Origin: Eledone cirrhosa
Lineage: Eukaryota
Assembly: GCA_964016885.1 (NCBI GenBank)
Contig: OZ024743.1
Coordinates: 181,970,001-182,034,000, forward strand
Reading direction: 5' to 3'
DNA length: 64,000 bases
A program made the translations under genes and the position numbers. The notes below the pieces were generated by a model. That model worked only from the letters and a program-made list of their open reading frames with translations. It was not told the DNA's origin and did no database searches. This document shows positions 1 to 10,973 of this stretch, piece after piece (the first letter of the stretch is position 1; each line of letters begins with the position of its first letter).

Positions 1-3000
1 TAGTCGGCTGTGGTTGGACTTCGTGTACTTTTACATGTCGCTTGAGCCCTCCTGCTGATTTACATTCTCTACCACATGTTTGGCAAGCATGATGAGTAGC
101 ATCTCTAACAGCAGCCTGGTAGTCAACCACTGGTCTTACTTTATGACTGCGAAGATGACTTTCGAATCCAGCTTTGCTTAGGCAGTCTCGCACATACGCT
201 GCATGTCAGCACCATAGGAGGACCCTCGCCGTCTGGAAGTGCAACAGCAATGCCCTTCCTCACATCCCGCTTTACTTTCTCGTATGCGATTCGAGATGCC
301 TCAAAGGCAACTTTTCCCTCATATACAGTCTTTCTCCATTTATTACGATCAGCAGCAATATTTTCCCATGTATCAGCAGAGATGTTAGCGTCTTTCAAAG
401 AGGCTTTCAAAGAATCCTTATACCTCTTTTTTTGTTTATGTGGCAGTCGTTTTCCTTTAACCAACTCTCCATAAAAGAGTTGTTTTGGTATTCTAGAATC
501 CTTCATACTGGCAAGGTGACCACTCCAACGGAGTCGTTGCTTAAGCACAAGAGCTTCTATACTGTCACACATAGAGATTTCCAAAATCTCGACATCACTG
601 ATGTGGTCCCTCCAGTGAACGCCATGGATCCGTCTGAGACACATCTGATGGAAACGCTCCAATTGCCTAAGGTGGTGGCGATATGTGACCCAGGTCTCGC
701 AGGCATAAAGAAGACAAGAGAGCACACATGCCCTGTACAACTTTACCTTTGTCCTCCTGCATATGTCTCGCCGACCCCAGAGTCGCCTTTCTAGCTTTCC
801 GAAAGCATCACTTGCTTTCCTAATCCTAAGTGAGATTTCACTGTCAAGGTTGCTGTATCGATTGACAGTGCTTCCCAGGTAGACAAACTAATCAACCACT
901 CCAAGGCGTTTACCATACACATAGATATTTGGTTCAGTGTACTGCTTACCAGGGGCAGGTTGGTACATGACGACGGTTTTCTTGAGACTGACAGTCAATC
1001 TTAGGGCAGTGCAAGCATCAGAAAATGCATTCAAAATGTGCTGCATATCACTCTCTGTGTGCACTACAAGATCGCAATCATCTGCATACAAGAGGTCTCT
1101 TATGATTGATGTAAATACTTTTGTCTTTGCAGCAAAGCGCCTAATGTTAAATGTGCTGCCTGAGGTTCGATATCGGATGTAAACACCATGCTCGCAATTC
1201 CTGAATGCAATACAGAAAACCATTGCAAAGTATATGGCAAACAGGGTCGGTGCTGGAATATCCCCCTGTTTCACTCCATTTTTTACTGAGATAGGCTCCG
1301 ACATGTTACCTCCGACATTAACCCAAACCTTCATGTCGTCATGGAAAGATCTAACTAAAGCAAGGGACTTATCAGGGCAACCAAGTTTCTGGAGAACCTT
1401 CCATAATACATCTCTGTTAACAGTATCGAAAGCTTTTGTCAGATCGACAAAAACCTGATACAGATCCAAACCTTGTTCCATGCACTTCCCTGGAGCTGTC
1501 TAGCTGAGAAGATCATAACAGTAGTGCCGCGTCCAGCACGAAAACCAGATTGACTTTCAGGAAGAACACAATCTGCAATGTGTGTCAGCAGACGGTCCAG
1601 AAGCACCCTACATAAAACTTTCCCTACGACAGAAAGCAATGATATACCTCTGTAGTTCCCACAATCATTCCTGTTACCCTTTCCCTTGTACAAGACCACC
1701 ATTACTGCATCTCTCCAGTCCTCAGGTACGGATTAATTAGCCCATATCCTGCCAAACAAAGAGTGAAGATGTTGCAGGAGTCTCTCACCACCATATTGTA
1801 GGAGCTCAGCATGTATGCCATCAATACCTGGAGACCTTCCACTGTTCAGCTTCGAGATAGCCATTGCAACCTCCACAAGCGTCGGAGGTTCTGTGAGAGC
1901 TACTTTCACAGGACTTTCTGGAATGAGATTGAGGAAATCTTCACTGACGACAGACGGCTGATTCAAAAGATCATCAAAGTGCTCTCGCCACCTTCGTAGA
2001 ATTCCTTGTGAGTCACGAAGAAGTTATTTGCCATCTCTGCTGCGAAGCGGTGTCACCAGAGAAGAAGACGGTCCATAAACCTCACGCAAGAGACTGTACA
2101 ACAGCTTTGTGTTATTGGAATCTGACGCAGTTTGTATCTCATCAGCCTTCTCACTCCACCACTGATCCTTCATCTGCGAAAAACTCCGCCTAACACGTGA
2201 TTTTACATCCTTGAGTTCCTCATGCAACGTATTCCTCTCCTGTGGTTTTGCCGTCAAGTAGCGTGACAGAGCACGCCTCTTATCAGCCAACAAGTCTTCT
2301 ATATGTACATCATTCTCATTAAACCAGTCCTGATGTTTTCTCTGCACCAATCCCAGAACACGCCTGCCTACATCATAAACCGACTTTTTAAGGGTCGGCC
2401 AATCCTCACCAAGATCTGCATCCTGCATCTCTTCTTCCAATGTCCTCTTCACATTTTTATCCTTAAGACGAGCAGCATTCAATCTTTTGGGCAGGGCAAC
2501 ACCAGGAGCCCGGATTTTACGTTTAGTGATTAGTTTCACTTTTGCGCGTACCAGGCAGTGGTCCGTCCAGCACTCAGCTCCACGAAGAGCACGAACACAC
2601 TGCACATCCTGTCTGTCACGCATCCTGACTAGGACGTAGTCCAGAAGATGCCATTCCTTAGATGCAGGATGCATCCATGTGGTCTTGAATTTGTTCTTTT
2701 GTTGGAACATGGTGTTGGTAACACACAGATCCAGCTCCTCACACATCTGCAGCAGGAGCATACCATTGTTGTTACACTTTCCCACCCCATGCTTTTCGAT
2801 TACATTCCATGTGTTAAAATCCCTACCCACTCTAGCATTAAAGTCACCAAGCACGATTACTTTATCTGCCTGAGGGATATTTCTTAAAACACCTTTCAAG
2901 GCATGGTAAAAGGACACTTTTTCTTCATCGACAGAATTCATAGTTGGAGCATACACACTCACCAGGGTCGCATATCTTCCTTTGTCCAGCGGAATTCTCA

Positions 3001-3400
3001 TGGACATAAGACGCTCACTAATCCCTACTGGGAATTCGTCTAATTTATTCACAAGAACAGTCTTAACAGCAAATCCTACCCCAGCCTCTCTTCTGGTTCC
3101 TTCATCTCTTCCTTTCCAGAAGAATGTATATTCTCCACAAAATTCTGTAAGATGACCATCTCCAGCTAACCTCGTCTCAGATAAAGCCACGATGTCAAGA
3201 TCGTAACAAGAGCGGTCCTTCGTTCAGGACGCCCCAAGGAATCCCTGTCAAGCAGCGTCCGTACGTTCCAACAGCCAAGACTAAATGCCTTGTTTGGCTC
3301 TATTACAATGGCACGATGACGAGCGGGCCCAGGCTGTGATAACCTGGGGCCCCTGCCCTTATCGCCAATTATCTTTTTTGTTCCAGAACCTAAATTGCCA
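1..3400 (-). mobile_element. RTE-clade LINE, near-full ORF (APE + RT + C-terminal C2H2 fingers), frameshifted; 3' end lies outside the window
   Basis: ORF pieces on -: GCWNVRTL / ALSETR / VSVYAPT / LGDFNARVG / WHLLDY / TDH (APE); YRGISLLS, QSGFR, FVDLTKAFDTV, GVKQG, LLYADD (RT); LYACETW, LRWSGH, RIPKQLFYGEL. Several frameshifts and stops between the pieces. Confidence 0.95.
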
Positions 3401-3507
3401 ATTATCTCTTTTATATTGTTCTGGAACATCATTGAATTGGAAAAAGAAAAAGAAAAAAAAAAAAAAGAAGTAATAATAATAGTAACAATAATAATAATAA
3501 TAATAAT

Positions 3508-3812
3508 AGGAGAGGGAGAAAATTAACCGATACCAGGACCTAAAGTGGGAGGTGAAAAGGATTTGGAACTGCCATGAAGTCAAAGTGATCCCGATTGTCA
3601 TAGGCGCACTGGGGACTATCTCCAAAAGTTTCCAGGGATGGTTAAAGAAAATCGGCCCCTTCACGCTTTTTGGAACGCTTCAAAAGGCATGCTTGCTTGG
3701 AACAGCAAGAACCCTCCGATACGTCCTGAATATCTGAGGCTGCAGGTAGTGGCTTGATATTCAATCCAACGGACTTTCCAGTTAACCAACATCAATGACT
3801 GAGATTCAAGGA
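3508..3812 (+). mobile_element. 5'-truncated R4/Dong-like non-LTR retrotransposon (C-terminus of restriction-like endonuclease + 3' UTR)
   Basis: Translates EKINRYQDLKWEVKRIWNCHEVKVIPIVIGALG...LQKACLLGTARTLRYVLNI*, typical of RLE elements; (TAA)n-type repeats on both sides. Confidence 0.8.
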
Positions 3813-3849
3813 ATAACAACAACAATAATAATAATAATAATAATAATAC

Positions 3850-4150
3850 ACTATTAATAATTATTAATGCACTCGTGCAATGCCTGTGCGTGACGAATAT
3901 TTTTAAAGTGAGGAAAGACTGTGCATTGAGCCAATCCCACTCTCTGAGCGACAGTAGCTATAACCCGAAAAGAAGAAAAGATCAACATCATAGGTAACTA
4001 CTGAGCCGCAGGTTTTATGTCGGAGTTAACCCAGTTTCCTGAGATGCCTTCTCCTAGAAGAATTCCCTGACAAGGGCTAGGGGTTCTTCATTCCCAGTGA
4101 TTTAACTGCGCGATCGGGCATCCAGCACGATTATTTCTATGTCCCCGCGC
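3850..4150 (-). mobile_element. Short non-autonomous element resembling an RTE 5' UTR; second copy at 34982-35285 (+)
   Basis: Two highly similar ~300-bp copies with the same ends; homologous to 4740-4915; contains CTAGGAGAAGGCA. Confidence 0.7.
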
Positions 4151-4449
4151 TAAAAAAAAAAAAAAACTCACTTTTTGACACTTATACGTACGACATACAC
4201 ACACGCGCATACATACGCGCACACACATACACGCATACATACGCGCGCACACAGCAACACTCATACATACAAACAAACACACACACGCTACTCACATACA
4301 CACACACACATATATATATATATATATTACCGTCATTACTGATACAAGATTACAAGATTATGTCAACTGTTGACTTTCAAGAGTTTGTATAGTACTATAC
4401 AAACATACATACATACATACATACATACATACATACATACATACATACA

Positions 4450-4483
<34 letters not shown>

Positions 4484-4497
4484 CATACATATATACA

Positions 4498-4915
4498 TGG
4501 TGGCTGCCAACTCGTTTTCGAGTACGGCCACTACTTTATACCCATGTAGGAGAACTCCTACCGATGCGCTGAACGAGTGTGACTTTTTAGTCCAGCCAGC
4601 GACTTGAAAACTCTGGTACAAACACTACACTTGTGACAATTACTGACACATAGTGCTGGGCCCATGGTACCATGTGACGACAAGTGCAGAGAGATCTCCA
4701 GATATAAAGCAATACCTGTGCCGTGAAGCTTTTATAGTGAGCAAAGGCACTGCACAAAGCCATTCCCACTCTCTTAACCAAGATGATATTTACCAAAAAG
4801 AAGAACAAGTCAACATCATTGGATACCATCAGGGTTGCAGGTGTTATATCAGAGTTTTCCTTCTCCTAGAATTCTGCCTTGACAAAGGCTAAGGGGTCAT
4901 CTCTCCCGGTGATTT
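4498..4915 (-). mobile_element. Bipartite internally deleted RTE derivative (5' UTR-like part + terminal C2H2 finger + 3' UTR, (TGTA)n tail); partial copy at 33091-33398 (+)
   Basis: The - strand encodes CSVCTRVFKSLAGLKSHTRSAHR*; the upstream part is homologous to the 3850-4150 element; tail at 4400-4497. Confidence 0.7.
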
Positions 4916-4964
4916 TGGATAGCCATTGATTCATACATACATACATACATATCACCACGATCAT

Positions 4965-5625
4965 TATCTACTTCTTTCTTCTTCACCCACTTATTCCTGA
5001 GAGGGTTGGTGGGACAGAGTCCTCAAACACTCTTTCCAACAGGTCCTGTCAGAAGCAACCGTCTCCAACTGATCTGGCTGGATCCCCAAGCGAGACCAGC
5101 CGAGCTCATGGATGTTATCAAACCATGTTGCTCAGGGTCTACCCCTTGGTCTCCTGATAGTTGGTTTTGCCCCATAAAATCTGTCCAATGATTCTTTCCT
5201 GAGACATTCTATCCACATGTCCATAGTATCGGAGCTGTGGTCTTTCAATTCGGTGAAGTAACGGCTCTACCTGGAGTGACTCTCTGATCTCTGAGCAACA
5301 CACTATCGTGTAACATTATTCCAAAGACCCTTCGCAGGGACCCCATATCGACCGCTTGTATTCGCGATCGTATTCTTTCGGTGATTACCCAAGATTCATG
5401 ACCATAGGCATGAATACCGAATTGAGGATAGCGAGTTTGGATTTTACACCCTTCTTCTGATTACTTAATGCTAAAGCTGGCGCATTACTGCACCATCACC
5501 AGCAATTCTTGCACTTAATTCAACCTCCTGCCTTCCATCACTTGTGAACACGACCCCGAAATACTTGAACTTCTCTACCTGCTTCAGTGGAACTCCATTC
5601 ACATATATTCGCAAATTTTCCAGTT
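4965..5625 (-). mobile_element. 3' fragment of a second RTE (Expander/Rex3-like) LINE; shorter 3' ends at ~16678-16775, 21495-21600, 24425-24640
   Basis: The - strand reads KFKYFGVVFTSDGRQEVELSARIA...; shared end sequence CTTATTCCTGAGAGGG...GGTCCTGTCAGAAG recurs in the other copies. Confidence 0.7.
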
Positions 5626-5771
5626 TCCAGAATCCAAAAATTAAATACATTCACCGCTATTGCTGTCATTAACGGCAATAGCCCACTAGTATATAATATC
5701 AATCCTTTAAAATGTTTCTCATGAGAAGGAATTACTTCGTGCGAAAAAGGATTCTTAGTGAATTCAAAGTA

Positions 5772-6019
5772 CAGTGGAACCTAGGTTCACGAACTTAATT
5801 TGTTTTTGAAGGCCGTTCGTCACCCGAAATGTTCGTAAGCCGAAGCTATTTTCCCATAGGAAATGTTGAGTGAGAAATATAGTGAAGAGAGAGACAGTGT
5901 GAAAGACAGATATCACCATAGTAACTAACTACACCGCAAGTGACGCTTTCCCACCGCTACCCCCAGCTTGTCGCCAACTGTTGTCGGCTTGCGTGTTCGT
6001 TACTCGAGGTACTACATTG
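5772..6019. mobile_element. Tigger/pogo-type MITE
   Basis: Imperfect TIRs CAGTGGAACCTAGGTTCACGAAC / GTTCGTTACTCGAGGTACTACATTG with TA on both sides. Confidence 0.6.
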
Positions 6020-6094
6020 TAATAGACAAAAAAAAATACTTATCCCCCAGTATTGATATTTGAAAATATCTCATACTATATATATATATATATA

Positions 6095-6835
6095 TATTGT
6101 TATACTTTGGGAGGGTCATGTTGCCAATAAGAAACACACGCACCAGTTGCTTTCACTCCAATTTATTATAAATTAAATTATAAATTTAAAAAATTTATAA
6201 ATTTCCGGTTGGTTGGTTGGTTGGTTGGTTGGTTGGTTGGTTGGTTGGCTCCACAACCGGACGGTTGTTCATATATTGTCAAAGTTCTTTCGTCACACAT
6301 TCTGTGACCTCTTCAGTGACTGGGGATTCTTTTCTTTGTTTTGTGCCTCTTCTTTGTTCTGTCCTACGCAATCTTGTTTTTGTGTGTGTTGTATGCTTAG
6401 TTTGCGCATGTGTTACATCCGGGTGTCTGTGTGTGTTTTTATTTGTTTATTTATTTATTTGTTTATTTACATGTTACTGGTTGGTTGCTTGTTCTATGTG
6501 TGTGTGTTTTCATTTTGTCCTTAATTGTAAGTTGTGATGTTGCTCTTCCATTCATGTTTTCTATTTAATTTTGGTTGGAGTTCATTTATGTTTATTGCCT
6601 CTGTGATTTGTCTAAACATTGCATCTTTTCTGTGTGTAGATTTTATTTTTATTTCTATGTTCTCTAATTTGCCCTTATGTTCTATTTTAGCATGTTGGTG
6701 GAGTACTGATGACTCTTTTCTATCTTGAAGCTCTCGCCAGTGTTCATTTAATTGTTCGCCTATACTACGAGCTGCCTCACCTATGTACACCATATTCTTA
6801 TCTTTACATTGTCCTTCAGTACATCTTATGCTATT
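6095..6835 (-). mobile_element. PLE 3' fragment (GIY-YIG C-terminus + pLTR), same family as 41710-46210
   Basis: ORF 6521-6793 VYIGEAARSIGEQLNEH...RQITEAININELQPKLN aligns with the end of the 1081-aa ORF; same pLTR and HHR. Confidence 0.9.
6278..6320 (-). ncRNA. Minimal type-I hammerhead ribozyme
   Basis: gtca-CTGAAGA-g-gtcac/gtgac-GAAA-g aa c-TT-tgac on the - strand. Confidence 0.8.
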
Positions 6836-7004
6836 AGTACACCTTATGCTATTAGTACATCTTGTGCTATTAGAAAGTGAGGTTTTTTTTACAAAATGAA
6901 AAATAACCGAGGTGTCCTACACGAGTGAAAGTATAAGGAAAAAAGATGAAATCGAAAATGCAACTGGAGTCTTTTTTTTTTAAATATATATATTTATTTG
7001 GTTC

Positions 7005-7040
7005 CTTTACCGGTTTCGCAGTTCTTCTGCTTTTCAAAAG
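7005..7040 (-). ncRNA. HHR, U3-A8 core variant
   Basis: ctt-TTGAAAA-gcag/ctgc-GAAA-CCGG-TA-aag. Confidence 0.65.
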
Positions 7041-9869
7041 TAGAGTTGAGATGGAGGGTCTGTGGTTTTCCTCACATCTGGTTGGTCTTTGAATGTTACT
7101 TGTTTTATATCGAGAAAAGTGACTCGAAATGCCAGGTTTTTAGAAAAGTAATTTGATTGGCTGGTGAGTAAGTATAATTAATATCGCGCCAGTTCGCGTT
7201 AGAAAGTTCTTCAAACAAAGGGGGGTGGGGATCAGGTTGTTTTTTTCATATATGAGTGAAGTTTGGTTGGTTGATGCAGTCACCTGAATAAGCACATCAA
7301 CTTTCACGCCAGTTTGTTTGAATTTCTTTTTACTTACAGAGGAATTTTTTGACAAGGAGAATAACGACCAATCAATTGTACGGAATAAAAGCAGCTACAA
7401 CCCAACAAAAGGTAGAAACAGAGTTCTGGACAAATTTTGTGACCACATAGCAACTTTCCCATACCATGAACTACCGCAACCTAAACCCAAACCCAACACG
7501 AGTCGAAGGGAATGGGAGATTATCCATGAACTAAAAAACAATGCCGACATTATAATTAAGGAAGCGGACAAGGGAAGTACTGATGTCATTATGGATGGTG
7601 AACAATATAAAAATTCTATGTTCTCTCTCTTACAAAATACTAACTTCTATGAAAGAGTAAAAAACTACCAGCAATCAAAAGCGATGACCAGATTAAACAC
7701 ACTCATTTGTTGATACCAGGAAGACTTAACTAAAAAGGAACGCGATTATTTAACTCATTTTGAATACAAAACCAGCAACCTTTACGGATTTCCGAAGATC
7801 TACAAGTGTAAAATAATTAACGATGCCTGTAAACAATCCACCTCAACCTGCATGAACACACAATACCCCACTGACCTTAAATTAAGACCAATTGTAGCGG
7901 GCCTACAATGTGAAACTCAGACTAAGCAACTTTATAGACATACTACTAAAACCAATTTTCAAACACATACTAAGCCTTGTAAGAGACGATCTGGACCTCT
8001 TAAAACACCTCCCCAAACATGTCAACAACGACACTATTATTGTGTCTTTCGATGTAGTGAATCTCTACACAACAATCTCACACCAATACGGACTAGAAAC
8101 AATAGGATTCTGGCTAGAGAAATATCCCAATGAGATACCTGACAGAATAGAAAAAAGCTTCATCACCGAGGGATTAAAATTTATTTTACAGAACAACTTT
8201 TTTGATTTCGATGGCAGTACTTACAAGCAAATATCGGGGACTGTGATGGGTACAAAAGCCGCTCCAACTTATGCCAACTTAGTCATGGCATACTTAGAAG
8301 TCCAGATATATGAACAGTCCAAATCAAAATGCGGATTGAACTTCCACAAATATTTATCAGAGAATTGGAAACGCTACTTGGATCATTGTCTCATAATTTG
8401 GTCCTACACACTCGACCAACTATATGATTTAAAAAATTTAATTAACGGCATCAATAACCACATCCAATTCACAATGGAATACAGCCAAGATCAACTCCCA
8501 TTTCTGGACATCTTAATCTTTAAAAAAGACACAAATATTGAAACTGACATACACTACAAACCAACAGATTCCAAACAATACCTGCTATTCACCTCCAACC
8601 ATCCAAAGCACACGAAGACGAACATTCCTGTTAACCTAGCAAGAAGAATTTGCACAATTGCCTCTAATTATGAAACGGGAAATAAAAGACTTCAAGAATT
8701 AAAGGAAATTCTACTTGAAAGCAGTACCCACCATTACTAATAAATAATGGAATAGAAAGGGCTAAAGCAATAGGCATTGTGGAATTACGAAAACAGAAAC
8801 AAATTCAAGGTACATCCAATATTCTATCATATATCTCAACACACAACCCAAGAAATGCGGAAGCTTACAACACTATTCACAAGAACATCCCACTATTGAA
8901 ACAAGACCCAAGAATGAAAAAAGCCCTTGAAACACAAAATAATCAAAAGCAAAAGACAACCGAAATCACTAAAAACATTACTCACCAATGCCAAATTACC
9001 TACCACAAACCCACAACCAACTGTCAAAAAATGTGGTCGCTCTAATTGTGGAACCTGCTCTCACCTCATTGAAGGCAACACGTATACATTTCAATCAGGA
9101 CAAAATTTGCTGTAAAAAATCACTTCACTTGCTCATCAAAAAATCTACTTTATGCCATTAAATGTAAAGGATGCAATAAAGATTATATAGGACAAACTAA
9201 ACTCACACTCAGAAACAGAATGACAGTTCATCGCCAACAATTACGAGATCCATCCACGAGACAGATACCACTAAGTGAACATCTAGACATATGCGCAAGT
9301 AATAAGACACCCAAATTCCAAGTCTTCCCATTTTACCTTTGCGCTGACAATAGTACAGAACAAATACGAATAAATAAGGAAAATATGTTTATTCAAAAAT
9401 ATAGACCAGCATTAAATATAGTTTAATATACATTATGTTAACACCATAACATGCTAACCATCCAAACAGACACATACATACACACACACATAACACCTTC
9501 TACTTTAGAAAATAAAAACCAGAACTAAATAAACCTTAATATACGTTAATACTCTAACACCTTAACATGCTAACTGCCCCCCCAGACACACACACACATA
9601 AGACCTTCTACTTTAGAAAATAAAAACTAGAACTAAATAAACCTTAATATACGTTAATACTCTAACACCTTAACATGCTAACTGCCCCCCCCCCCACACA
9701 CACATAACTCCCTCCCCCCATTTCTACTAATAGAATCACTTTCCTACACACACACACACAAACTATATATATTCTCTCCATCTTACCATGCTAACCATAC
9801 TCCCACACACACATACACACATACACACACACAACTCCCTCTCCCATTTCTACTAATAGAATCATCTTG

Positions 9870-9933
<64 letters not shown>

Positions 9934-10521
9934 GCACACAAATAAACATACATATCTCTACTTTTTTTTATTTCAATAGAAAGTCTGAATTCTGACACCC
10001 CAGCGAACCAGCCATATTCACTGAACCAGAACAATTCTCCCCATCCCATTTCTCTTGACCATTATCTTTTGTTTGGCACAAAATTCTCTAAAAGCTACAA
10101 AATAAATTCCCAAATGCGGGTGCGAAATTTAATGAACTTGTTCACGTGACAATCATAATTTCATTTATAACCAATCAAATTACATTTATTTAAAAAAAGC
10201 CTCTGTGAGCCACTTTGTTTAAGTAAAAAGAAATTCAAACAAAGTGGCGCGAAAGCTGATGTGCTTATTCACGTGATTGCATCAACCAACCAAACTTCAC
10301 TCATATGTGAAAAAACAGCCTGAAGCCCCCTCCCCACCCCCCTTGTTTGAAGAACTTTGTAATGCGAACTGGCGCGAAATTTATTATACTTACTCACCAA
10401 CCAATCAAATTACTTCTCTAAAAACCTGGTATTTCGAGCCTCTTTTTTTCCATATAAAACAAGTAACATTCAAAGACCAACCAGATGTGAGAAAAACCAC
10501 AGACCCTCCATCTCAACTCTA

Positions 10522-10557
10522 CTTTTGAAAAGCAGAAGACCTGCGAAACTGGTAAAG
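10522..10557 (+). ncRNA. HHR, U3-A8 core variant (right arm copy)
   Basis: ctt-TTGAAAA-gcag aagac ctgc-GAAA-CTGG-TA-aag. Confidence 0.65.
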
Positions 10558-10631
10558 GAACCAAATAAATATATATATATTTTTAAAAAAAGACTCCAGT
10601 TGCATTTTCGCTTTCATCTTTTTTCCTTATA

Positions 10632-10679
<48 letters not shown>

Positions 10680-10682
<3 letters not shown>

Positions 10683-10919
10683 GATTTTGAGTTTATGTTG
10701 GTTGTATGACTCCAGTTCCCCAGTGAATTAACAACCCAACAAGGAACTGGGCATATCAGAGTATTGACAATATCATACACCTAAACAACATATGTACTTG
10801 TCTATACCATACTAATTCAAACTGCCTGAAGAGGTCACAGCCAAAGATGGCTGTCACTGAAATATATATAGCAGTAATAAACGAAGCTAAATTTTAATCA
10901 TTTGACTTTTATTTAACTT

Positions 10920-10925
<6 letters not shown>
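10680..10925 (+). mobile_element. Solo pLTR-like unit between (TA)n runs with HHR at 10821-10875
   Basis: actgc-CTGAAGA-g-(gtcacagcca aaga tggctgtcac)-t-GAAA-TATATATA-gcagt, followed by AATAAA. Confidence 0.7.

Positions 10926-10970
<45 letters not shown>

Positions 10971-10973
<3 letters not shown>

Larger units (their letters stand above)
6874..10630 (+). mobile_element. Neptune-like PLE, 5'-truncated and decayed, with inverted pLTR arms (6933-7336 / 10219-10630)
   Basis: KEADKG, YGFPKIYK, LRPIV, SFDVVNLYT, GTVMGTK, RYLDH (second catalytic Asp lost), FLDI, CGRSNCGTC, LYAIKCKGCNKDYIGQT; stops and frameshifts; ~400-bp inverted arms. Confidence 0.92.

Noticed and set aside
174-794. + strand ORFs overlapping the RTE and PLE coding regions
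   Set aside because: They are antisense shadows of TE ORFs.
7711-7713. In-frame TGA in the Neptune-like ORF as a recoding site
   Set aside because: The element has several other disablements; simple CGA-to-TGA decay is more likely.
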